A stretch of 64,000 nt of DNA, from positions 12,882 through 76,881 of the forward strand of contig JANOQJ010000088.1 in the NCBI GenBank assembly GCA_031414805.1, in the 5' to 3' direction. Below, in pieces: positions 27,955-37,300 of the stretch; position 1 is the stretch's first letter, and every line of letters starts with the position of its first letter. The notes below the pieces were generated by a model. The model did not search any database and was not told where the DNA came from. It saw only the letters and a program-made list of their open reading frames with translations. Source of the stretch: Comamonadaceae bacterium (GTDB lineage Bacteria; Pseudomonadota; Gammaproteobacteria; Burkholderiales; Burkholderiaceae_C). The position numbers and the translations under genes are program-made.

Positions 27955-29019
27955 TCAATTCACAACCTGCTCCAACTCCCCCCGCGCATACCTCCCCGCC
28001 ACTACCTGCAAGCTATCCCCCTTGACCTTAGACCCCTGCCCTTCACACCCAAACTGCACATACCGCTGCATACAAATCTGCTTGGCAGCTTCGCGGGCGG
28101 GTTTCAGGTAGTCACGTGGGTCAAACTTGTCGGGGTTTTCAAACATGTACTTGCGGATGGCAGCGGTCATGGCCAAACGGATGTCGGTGTCGATGTTGAT
28201 TTTGCGCACGCCGAATTTGATGGCTTCCTGAATCTCTTCGACCGGCACGCCGTAGGTCTCGCGCAGGTCGCCGCCGTATTGGCGGATGGTGGCCAGCAGG
28301 TCTTGGGGCACGCTGGAGCTGCCGTGCATGACCAAATGGGTGTTGGGAATGCGGCGGTGGATTTCCTTGATGCGGCCAATGGCGAGGATGTCGCCGGTGG
28401 GCTTGCGGGTGAATTTGTAGGCGCCGTGGCTGGTGCCGATGGCTATGGCCAGGGCGTCGAGTTGGGTGCGTTTGACGAAATCGGCGGCTTGCTCGGGGTC
28501 GGTGAGCAGTTGGTCCATGGTCATGGTGCTCTCGGTGCCGTGGCCGTCTTCCTTGTCGCCCTGCATGGTCTCCAGGCTGCCCAGGCAGCCCAGCTCGCCT
28601 TCGACGGTGACGCCCAGTTTGTGCGCCATGTCGACCACTTTGCGGGTGACATCGACGTTGTAGTCATAGCTGGCAATGGTCTTGCCGTCGGCCTCCAGGC
28701 TGCCGTCCATCATCACCGAGCTGAAACCCAGGTTCATCGCGCCCTGGCAGATGGCGGGGCTCTGGCCGTGGTCTTGGTGCATGACGACGGGAATGCTGGG
28801 GTAAGACTCGACGGCGGCGGCAATCAGGTGCCTCAAGAAGCCTTCACCGGCGTATTTGCGGGCACCGGCGCTGGCTTGCATGATGACCGGGGCACCCACT
28901 TCTTTGGCCGCTTCCATGATGGCCTGCACCTGCTCCAGGTTGTTTACATTGAAAGCTGGAATGCCGTAGCCATTGGTGGCGGCGTGGTCCAGCAGCTCGC
29001 GCATCGAAACGAGTGCCAT
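27955..29019 (-). CDS. fba: class II fructose-bisphosphate aldolase
   Basis: [30 protein letters not shown] and GTSHGAYKF motifs. Confidence 0.95.
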   Translation of the reverse strand: MALVSMRELLDHAATNGYGIPAFNVNNLEQVQAIMEAAKEVGAPVIMQASAGARKYAGEGFLRHLIAAAVESYPSIPVVMHQDHGQSPAICQGAMNLGFSSVMMDGSLEADGKTIASYDYNVDVTRKVVDMAHKLGVTVEGELGCLGSLETMQGDKEDGHGTESTMTMDQLLTDPEQAADFVKRTQLDALAIAIGTSHGAYKFTRKPTGDILAIGRIKEIHRRIPNTHLVMHGSSSVPQDLLATIRQYGGDLRETYGVPVEEIQEAIKFGVRKINIDTDIRLAMTAAIRKYMFENPDKFDPRDYLKPAREAAKQICMQRYVQFGCEGQGSKVKGDSLQVVAGRYARGELEQVVN

Positions 29020-29084
29020 TTTGAAAGTCCCGAGGGTTGGTTACACGTGGGTTACGGCTTGATTGCCGCAGCAGAGCGCGAATT

Positions 29085-29969
29085 TTACGGTGGGGCTTTT
29101 TGGGGCGACTCTTTCACAAAACCCAGCACCTCGGGCAACACCGGCGCGAGCCAGTTCAAGGGGCTGGCCAGCGAGGCCAGTACTGTGACGTGGTTCACCC
29201 GGTCAAACAACATCACGCGGGTCGTGGCTCCGGCGGCTTGCAGGCGCTGGGCCAGTCCGACGGTGTTGCGCTGCGGGTTCACCAGGCTGTCGCTGTTGGC
29301 TGCCAGCAGCAGGCTCCTTGGGGCGGCGGCCGATACGTGGGTAATGGGCTGGGTATCGGGCTGTGTGTTGGGCCACTCAAACGCCACTTGCACGTCACGG
29401 TTGCCAATCGGCAAAAAGTCGTACGGCCCGGCAATGCCCACCCAACCAGCCAGTTGCGCGGGTTTCAGGCCCACGGGGGCGAGCCAGCGCGGGTCCAGTG
29501 CCAGCATGGCGACGTTGTAAGCCCCGGCGCTGTGACCCACCAAGTGAATGCGCGCAGTGTCGCCACCCAGACGGGCGGCGTTTACAAACACCCATTGCGT
29601 GGCCAGCGCGCCATCTTGCAAAAACGCCGGGTAGCGCACCTGAGGGCTCAATCGGTAGTCCGCCACCAGCACCAGCACGCCGTTACGCGCCAGCGCCTCG
29701 CCCACAAAACGGTACTGCGCCCGCTCGCCGGTGGTCCAACTCCCGCCGTAGAAAAACAGCACGACGGGGTGCCCCGCGCCCACGGAGTTTTGCAAGGGGC
29801 GATAAATATCGAGCTGCTGGCGCGCCTCAGGGCCGTAAGCCACGCCCGGCTCCATGCGATGGCTGTCGCTGGGGACCAGTTTGTCCAGCACGCCGGATGC
29901 GGAGCAGCCCGAAAGCAGAGCGCTGAAAGCGGCGAGCAGGCCGGTGCGACGGGTCATGTGTGTGGGCAT
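29085..29969 (-). CDS. alpha/beta hydrolase lipoprotein (carboxylesterase-like)
   Basis: Lipobox LLSGC. HGGSW-type FYGGSW and nucleophile GHSAGA. Confidence 0.75.
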   Translation of the reverse strand: MPTHMTRRTGLLAAFSALLSGCSASGVLDKLVPSDSHRMEPGVAYGPEARQQLDIYRPLQNSVGAGHPVVLFFYGGSWTTGERAQYRFVGEALARNGVLVLVADYRLSPQVRYPAFLQDGALATQWVFVNAARLGGDTARIHLVGHSAGAYNVAMLALDPRWLAPVGLKPAQLAGWVGIAGPYDFLPIGNRDVQVAFEWPNTQPDTQPITHVSAAAPRSLLLAANSDSLVNPQRNTVGLAQRLQAAGATTRVMLFDRVNHVTVLASLASPLNWLAPVLPEVLGFVKESPQKAPP

Positions 29970-30126
29970 AGAGGATCGATCATGCCGACTCTTTACGTAA
30001 CGGAGCGCCCAGTGGTTTCAAATGGTTCGACATCAAAGGGGCAAGCACAGCTTCCTGAAGGGCGGCAGAGCATTCCGTGCGGCAACATCCGCAGCACCGT
30101 TCCCCGCGGAAACAGGCAGTTTATAG

Positions 30127-30182
30127 AGAAAACAGCCATCAGCCCTTATAGATACTGCTCAAGCAGCTATTATAAACGTAGC
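30127..30182 (-). repeat. structured ~60-nt repeat, intergenic (reverse orientation)
   Basis: aaaacagccatcagcccttatagatactgctcaagcagctattataaacgtagc. Confidence 0.88.
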
Positions 30183-30199
30183 AAAAAGCCTCAGAACTA

Positions 30200-30874
30200 T
30201 TAGCTCTGGGGTTTGAGTTGCCCGGTCAGCTTTTGCAGTTTGGCCAAGTCTTCCGGCGCAGTTTGCGGCTGCAGTAGCTCCGCGCGCCCGTGCAGCCGCC
30301 CATTGGTGTAGTTGCTGATGCTGTTGAGCATGCGGGCGGGGTGCAGATTTGCCTTGGACGCATCTTTTAGAAACACTGCCACAAAATCGTTCCAGATGTC
30401 CAGTCGTTGTCCCGTTGTGAACGACTCCAGCAACGCTGGGTTGTAGCCCGACCGGTTGGCCCAGCCAACCAAGGCCAAACCGGCGTCAGGATAAAACCGC
30501 CAACAATCAACGGGGTACTGGTGAAACTCGCCATTGGACGGCGCATTCAAATAAAAAAGCCCCTCCGGTTTGAGCACCCGCAAGACTTCGTTGAACATCA
30601 ACCAGAAAAACTCAACATGCTCAAAGCACGAACTGCTCACCACCGCATCAAAAGATGCCGACTCAAATGGCAGCTGATACGCATCTTGCAGCACGATGTC
30701 CACGCCACGGCCGGCAACGAAGTCCACACCGACACAGCGGGCAGCTCGGGGCGCTACATCACGCAAAGACCCGTTGACGTTCAGCGCACCAATGTCCAGC
30801 ACCACCCGTTCAGCCTCGTCGTTCAGATAGGTCTGGAAAAACAAGCGTCCGTTGTCGACCGCGGTTGGATGCAT
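30200..30874 (-). CDS. class I SAM-dependent methyltransferase
   Basis: VLDIGA motif I and a FDAVVSSSCFEHV / LKPEGLF pattern. Confidence 0.78.
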   Translation of the reverse strand: MHPTAVDNGRLFFQTYLNDEAERVVLDIGALNVNGSLRDVAPRAARCVGVDFVAGRGVDIVLQDAYQLPFESASFDAVVSSSCFEHVEFFWLMFNEVLRVLKPEGLFYLNAPSNGEFHQYPVDCWRFYPDAGLALVGWANRSGYNPALLESFTTGQRLDIWNDFVAVFLKDASKANLHPARMLNSISNYTNGRLHGRAELLQPQTAPEDLAKLQKLTGQLKPQS

Positions 30875-31035
30875 CTAGGTGGTCCCCTGTTCAAAAAGTC
30901 TGGATGGTTCAAATGGGCTCGGGAATCAGGAATTTTGTTGTTTGTTTCACCCCACAAAGCATTCTTGCGGTCATGGATGCTGTAGTAACTAAGCCTGACG
31001 CAGGGTTATAGTCCAGAGGATTAACCCACAAAACG

Positions 31036-32418
31036 GTGTGCAAAATGTCACAGTTTTCCAAATGCTACTTTCGCCTTGGCTTGGGCGGGTTGGTAGGGCT
31101 TGTTTGTGCGGGCGTATCGGCGCAAACAGGGACTGTTGAACCGTTGGACCGACAAAGCGACGAGGCCTTCCGGCAGGTGTTGCAACAGCCTCAAAACCTC
31201 GGGCTCTGGTCTGCATATGCGCAACTCTTGGTCCAAGCTGGCAACTATGAAGGCGGTATCGCTGCTCTGGACCGCTTGCTGCTGAACCCTGACGCGAATC
31301 CATATCTGCGGGTTGAAATTGCACTGCTGTACTTCCGGTTGGGGTCATACGCACCTGCCGAGGCCATGTTGCGCACAGCGCTTCAAGACCCTCGATTGCA
31401 AGGCGACCAGCGCGCATTTGCAAGCACGTTGATGACTGAGGTGGCCAAGCGCAACCAACGTTCACAACTGAGCGGGTCGGTGGTGCTGGGCTTGCGTAGC
31501 CAGACAAACCCCACGTTTCGCACCAACAGCGCGCAGGTTTTGTCTGCCGGTGTTCTTGGCGCGTTGGCTGCTGACCAAAAACCCGATGCTGATACCGATG
31601 TGAGCCTGGGCTTGCGCGTACAACACCTGTACGACCTGGACCTGCAGAATTCGGCAACCATTTCCACCTCGCTGGGCGCCTATCTGGTGAACTACCGGTC
31701 GTCTGCTGGCAGTCAACTACAAGTCAGCCCGACCAAGCCCTATGACCTGCAAGTCGTTGACGTTTCAACAGGGCTGCAATTCAAACCGTTTCCTTCGTCG
31801 TTTTCTGAACTGACGATGCGCCCGCACATTTTGTTGTCAAACGTCGTCGCGCAAGGCCATCAGTACCTGGGAAATCATGGGGTGGGTATTGATTTCACCT
31901 GGCGGCCTGACGAGCGCACGCTGGTGGACGTCACGCTGGATCGTCAAAGGCGAAACTTTGCTAGCCGCATCGACGTGGTCAATGCGGACCTGCTGGACGG
32001 CCATTTATACGGTGTGCGCTCGCGCATCAGCCGTGAAATGGGCTCGGGACAGGTGCTCACGGGGGAATACGCGACCAAACGCAACCGGGCCAAGCGTGAG
32101 TTCTACAACTACGACTCTCATGAGTTTCGCGTGACTTACTCGATGTCGTACAAGAGCCCGATGGCTGACGCTGGTTACTGGACAACAGCCGTGTGGCTGG
32201 GCGCGCTCAATCGGTCTTACGATGCGCCCGATGCGTCTGTCAGCGCCACCGAAACGCGACGCGACCGTGAGGCGCGCATCGGCATTAGCCATCATGTGCC
32301 ACTCACCGCTTCGTGGTCGTTGCTGTTAACTGCCGAACACTCGCGTAACCAGGCAAACCTGCCTAATTTCCGTTACAAAAACACGTCGCTGTCGGGTGCC
32401 GTGGTGCGTGGCTTCTAA
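31036..32418 (+). CDS. outer-membrane protein: N-terminal TPR region plus C-terminal beta-barrel
   Basis: Signal peptide (LVGLVCAGVSAQT) and about 150 aa of TPR-like helices. These are followed by alternating beta-strand patterns ending in the C-terminal aromatic signal ...GAVVRGF. Confidence 0.65.
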   Translation: MCKMSQFSKCYFRLGLGGLVGLVCAGVSAQTGTVEPLDRQSDEAFRQVLQQPQNLGLWSAYAQLLVQAGNYEGGIAALDRLLLNPDANPYLRVEIALLYFRLGSYAPAEAMLRTALQDPRLQGDQRAFASTLMTEVAKRNQRSQLSGSVVLGLRSQTNPTFRTNSAQVLSAGVLGALAADQKPDADTDVSLGLRVQHLYDLDLQNSATISTSLGAYLVNYRSSAGSQLQVSPTKPYDLQVVDVSTGLQFKPFPSSFSELTMRPHILLSNVVAQGHQYLGNHGVGIDFTWRPDERTLVDVTLDRQRRNFASRIDVVNADLLDGHLYGVRSRISREMGSGQVLTGEYATKRNRAKREFYNYDSHEFRVTYSMSYKSPMADAGYWTTAVWLGALNRSYDAPDASVSATETRRDREARIGISHHVPLTASWSLLLTAEHSRNQANLPNFRYKNTSLSGAVVRGF

Positions 32419-32428
32419 GGAGTAACCC

Positions 32429-33232
32429 ATGAGCCCTCCCATCTCCAAAGACTGGTGGCTGGCTGCCGCCCTGACCAGCGCAGCACTGCCAGCAGCGCTG
32501 GGTCAACCGGCTGCCGGTGAGAATCGTCCTCAAAGTGCCGTTGTCACATCGGCCATAGCCGGTTCACGCACGGCGAACAACACGTCGATCTACATTGATG
32601 GCACCAGTGACCATCGGCTGATCACCGACGCCAAAACAACGATGCACGTACTGTTCTCCGATCAGTCGGCGATCACTTTGGGCCCAAATTCGGAGCTGGT
32701 CATCACGAAATACCAGTTTGATTCGCGGGCCAAAACCGGTCAGCTATTGATCAACATGAGTAAGGGGCTGCTCCGCGTCGTCGGTGGTTTTCTCAGTAAG
32801 AAAAGCGAGACCGTGGTGCGAACAAATACCGCGACCGTGGGCATACGCGGCGGCATTTCCCTGATCGAGAGCGACGACACGCAAACCAACGCCACGTTCC
32901 TTTTCGGGCAACAAATGCGGGTGTCCAGTCTGGACGACACTCAGAATCAGACGGTCACCCGGCCAGGGTTCGGCGTCACAACATCGAGCAATGGGCCATC
33001 AAGCCCGTTCCGCAGGCCGATTGGCGAGATTTCCAGCCAATTGCGGCAGCTGGATCTGACCAACGAGTCAGAACAAGGGTCAACACCTCCCACCGCCCAG
33101 TTGCCGTCTGATGATGTCAACGCGTACGCGCCAGACCGGGTCAATGCAGTTGGGGACGATCCTGACATGGGATTCCAGGCCCCGACGTTGAGAGATGTTC
33201 TGGGCAGCCAGTCGCCCGGCAATCAGTCCTGA
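32429..33232 (+). CDS. secreted FecR-domain protein with a low-complexity C-terminal tail
   Basis: Signal peptide with no lipobox Cys. FecR-like segment MHVLFSDQSAITLGPNSELVI. Starts 10 nt after the OMP gene. Confidence 0.6.
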   Translation: MSPPISKDWWLAAALTSAALPAALGQPAAGENRPQSAVVTSAIAGSRTANNTSIYIDGTSDHRLITDAKTTMHVLFSDQSAITLGPNSELVITKYQFDSRAKTGQLLINMSKGLLRVVGGFLSKKSETVVRTNTATVGIRGGISLIESDDTQTNATFLFGQQMRVSSLDDTQNQTVTRPGFGVTTSSNGPSSPFRRPIGEISSQLRQLDLTNESEQGSTPPTAQLPSDDVNAYAPDRVNAVGDDPDMGFQAPTLRDVLGSQSPGNQS

Positions 33233-33277
33233 GTTCGGTCAGTCGTGCCGTCATCCGTCCAGAGGCTGCGCTGAGCC

Positions 33278-34315
33278 ATGCGCGTCCTGTTTGTCTCCGA
33301 TTACCCGCACTTACCTGACATCAAAGGTGGGCTGCAAACCACCACGCACGATCTATGTCGCGCCATCCAGTTGATGGGGGCAGAAGCCGCCGTTTTGTGC
33401 GGCCTCAGTGAACACCGACCCGCGGATGCAGCGAGTCAGACGATCAGTGATGATTCATTGGGTTACCTGTGCATGCGCGCTGCCTCGCCCGACACGGCGC
33501 TAGCACTTGTTGCTGCAGCGTGGGGCGCTTCGATCGTCGTGGTTCAGAGCGGCATGGCCCTGTCATCCATGGTGCTGGCCAGTTTGCGCACGGGTTGCGC
33601 AACGGCCGTATACCTGCACAATGTGGAGGTACATCAACTGCGCGGCACCCTCATTCCCGACCCATCGCTGTTGTACCTGGCTAATTCGGTATTCACTGCG
33701 CAGCGGTGGCACGCCCTGTGTGGTCTGCGATGCCAGGTTGTCCCCCCGGTCATAGCTGCAGAAAACTACATGGCGGACGGTGGTGTGGGTAGGGGTGAGA
33801 AGGTTTTGTTTGTCAATCCCACGCCTGTCAAGGGTGTGGAAATCATGTTTGCGCTGGCTGCGCACTGCCCTGATGTTTCCTTTCTCGTCGTGGAAAGCTG
33901 GGGTTTGGAGCCAAACTGGCAGCGGCTGTGCCAAATGAGAGCGCGGGCCCTCGGAAATGTGCAGTGGCTTGGCGCGACGGACAACATGCAGGCTGTTTAT
34001 GCACAAGCGCGTTTGCTGCTGATGCCGTCGGTGTGGGAGGAGTCTTTTGGCCGCACAGCTGTGGAAGCCCAGCTCAACGGGATTCCCGTGCTGGCCAGTC
34101 AGCGTGGCGCGCTAGCCGACACCATTGGTGCCGGTGGCATTGCAGTGGATCCGCATGCACCTGTTCTAGCATGGGCGCAGGCCCTGCGTCACTTGCTGGC
34201 CGAGCATGCGCAGTTCAGCGCTGCAGCCCGAGCGCATGCCTTGCAATACACGGCGGCAACACCGCTTGTCGTCGCGCAGTTATTAACCCTGTTGGCAGAG
34301 CATTCCCTGCGATAG
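33278..34315 (+). CDS. glycosyltransferase family 4 (GT-B fold)
   Basis: EX7E motif PSVWEESFGRTAVEAQLNGIPVLAS. Confidence 0.8.
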   Translation: MRVLFVSDYPHLPDIKGGLQTTTHDLCRAIQLMGAEAAVLCGLSEHRPADAASQTISDDSLGYLCMRAASPDTALALVAAAWGASIVVVQSGMALSSMVLASLRTGCATAVYLHNVEVHQLRGTLIPDPSLLYLANSVFTAQRWHALCGLRCQVVPPVIAAENYMADGGVGRGEKVLFVNPTPVKGVEIMFALAAHCPDVSFLVVESWGLEPNWQRLCQMRARALGNVQWLGATDNMQAVYAQARLLLMPSVWEESFGRTAVEAQLNGIPVLASQRGALADTIGAGGIAVDPHAPVLAWAQALRHLLAEHAQFSAAARAHALQYTAATPLVVAQLLTLLAEHSLR

Positions 34316-34319
34316 GCGG

Positions 34320-37300
34320 ATGGCAACCGACACCGCCGTGCACCAGATTGCAACCGCTTGGCAGTGCTTTGCGGCCGGTAATCTCGACGATGCACTGAGC
34401 CTTGCACGCGACGCGTACGCAGCGTCTCCGATGCACCGCAAGGTATGTGCAGCGCTTGGGTTTTTTTTGATTCAGGCGGGCTTACTTGATGACGCTGCAG
34501 CGGTGTTGCAACCAGCCATTGAGAACGACCCCGAGTACGCGCCCTTGCATTGGTACAACGGCTACCTACGCTCTCGCCAAGGCGATGTTGCCGGTGCAGC
34601 ACTCGCTTTCCAGTGCGCCTGCGAGTTAGACCCAGGGCTTGATGAGGCGGCTTTCGCCCTGGCCTGGGCCTTGCACGACCTTGGGCGAACAAAAGAAGCA
34701 CTCCCGTGGGCAAGCCATGCACTGACGTTGATGCGAACGCCTGCACGTTTGATGCAGATGGGTTGGTTGCAGCAAGTTCTGGGCAATCTGGAATTGGCGG
34801 TTCAAGCTTATAGGGAAGCTATCGCGGGGTTTGACCCACAAGCCGCCGAACAGCCCCGTCTTCGCCTTCACTTGTCGCAGTGTCTCGTTCGGCTGGGGCA
34901 ATCTGCAGAGGCTGCGTTATTGCTGCGTGACGCTGTAAAACAGTGGCCAGACAACGCTGAGTTACGGACCGAAGCAGCGTGGCGTGAGCATGCGCAGGGA
35001 CACTTCCCGTATGCGCTACAGCTGGCGCGCGACTTGGTTCGGGATCACCCGCACCGGGCTGAAAGCTGGCACCTCTTGGGCGTGCTGCACCAGGACTCAG
35101 GTGACTTGAAAGCCGCCGACCAGGCCTTTCTGGAGGCCCACCAGCGTGATCTGGGCCTGACCGATGCGCTGGTGCGTCGTGCGCGGATCCAGCGGGAATT
35201 CAAGCAATTCGAGGGTGCGAAGTGGTTACTGGGCCTGGCACTGCAACACCGCGCCAACGATGACGCGGCTCAGGATCAGCTTGCCCAAATCCTGCTTGAT
35301 CTGCAAGAAACCGACGAAGCACGCCGGTTACTGCATCGACGCCTTCGCGTGCGGCCCGATAGCGCTGACTTGTGGCGTCTGCTGGCGGTGGGACAGCTGC
35401 GTAAACAGCGGCCCCAAGCTGCAGCACGTGCATTGCGCAAGGCGCTGTCACTCGAGCCAGGCAGTGTCGAGGCGCAGCGCATGCTTGGCTGGCTGAGCCT
35501 GGAGGAAGGTGAGCTGGTGCAAGCCGTCTCCATCGTGCGGCACCTGGTAGCCCGGCTTCCGCACGACACTGCGGCCCAAGTTCAGGCAGCGTTTGTTCTG
35601 TCGCGGGCGGGGCACCTCGCTGAGGCTGAGCATTGGGCACAAAAAGCCGTGGCGCAAGCGCCCGCACTGGCCGAGGCTTGGCGGGCGCTGTCGCATGTTC
35701 GCTTGCGTCAGGGGTGGCTGAGTGAGGCGGAGTTTGCTGTCCAGCAGGCTTTACAGCTCGTGCCGGGACAGCCCGACAGCCTGCGGCACCTCGGGTGGGT
35801 ACTGTTGGCGTCGGCGCGCCTTGGCGAAGCCCAACTAGCCTTCCTGCGAGCGATCGAGGCCGTGCCGGGTGACCCAGTTCCAAAACTTGAACTGGGCGAA
35901 GCCCAGCGCCGAGCCGGTCAATTCACCGTCGCATTACAGGGCGTCAATGCCTTGCTGGCAGCGCGCCCCACATGGCAGCCAGCCTTGCTGTTGCGAGCCC
36001 GGTTGATGGTGGAAGGGGGCGTTGACGGTGCCGCTGATACCTGCGCCCAGTTGTTGCGAAGTGATGTACGCAACGCGGATGCTGTGAAGGTGTGCCTGCG
36101 CCTGACGGGTCTTGGTAACCCGCGTGCCCGGCGCTTGCTGTCGATGGCGGCGCTGGATGTTCTGCGTACGGTCTGGCGAGATGCCATCGTCGAAGCAAGC
36201 CACACCCAAGGACAAGCGTATCTGGCGATGTTGATTCGGGCTGCCAGCGAAGACATGGATACGGATCCGTGGATCGCGACTGCAGCGCTGTATGCCAACG
36301 CGCTGTCACCACAGTCAACTGCTGTTGGGTTGGCCGTTCAGGCGCGCGACTGGTACCGTGGGCTGAAGGTGCGCAGCGGCCTGGCGCCTTTTGCGGCTGC
36401 GCCTTTGCATCGCAGGTCGGACGAACGCCCCCGCATTGCGTATGTAGCCAGTCAACTGCATCAGAGCCTGCTGCGTCGGGTGTTGGCTGCGCACACGGCG
36501 GATCAAGCGCAGGTTTTTCTCTACACCTGCCATCCCTTTTACGGTCTGCCGTCGCATATTCACTTGTTGCCGTTGGTGCCTGAAACGCTGGCTGAGTCCT
36601 GTGCAGCCAACCGGATTGATGTGGTGATTGATGTCGGCGGTCTGCACCCGTTCGAGGGCCAATTTGGCTTGCTGGAAGCTTATGCGCGCCGACTGGCCCC
36701 GGTGCAGTTGGGCTGGCTGGGTTGCTGGGGTAGCACTGGCGGCTTGTTTGACGGTTTGCTGGCCGACGATGCGGCAATTCCGCCGCAGCACGCGGTTGGC
36801 TATGAGGAACCGGTATTCCCGCTGCGCGGCGGTCAATGGTGTTGGGATCCGCCGTTGGCTGCGCCTGATACGCGCCCGCCCCCGTCATTGACCCATGGCG
36901 GCACCACCTACGGCGTGACGGCACGCAGCCTCAAACTGAGCGAGCCCTGCCTGGACGCATTCGCGCGTGTCGTCGCGCGCACGCCGATGTCGACGATTCG
37001 GTTCATTGGCCGCGTCGCCGACGATTGGCCCCTGCGCAGACAAGTGCTGGCTTGCATGCACGCGCACGGTGTGGGCACAGGGCGCGTGTTTTTTGATCCG
37101 TTTCGACCGCATGCGGCTTATCTGGAATGGTTTGGTCGGGTCGATGTCGTCCTGGACAGTTTTCCATTCAACGGCGGCTTGAGCCTGCTGGACCCGTTGT
37201 GGATGGGTGTGCCTGTGGTGACGCTGGCGGGAAGCTGGGCTGGTGCCCGGCAAGGGGCTTCTGTTCTGGCAGCGCTGGGGTTGACAGGATGGGTAGCGGA

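Noticed and set aside
27868-30203. 550-aa and 388-aa plus-strand ORFs (27868..29520 and 29037..30203) covering fba and the esterase gene.
   Set aside because: They are antisense to genes with clear family motifs and have biased composition. I recognised no domains in them.
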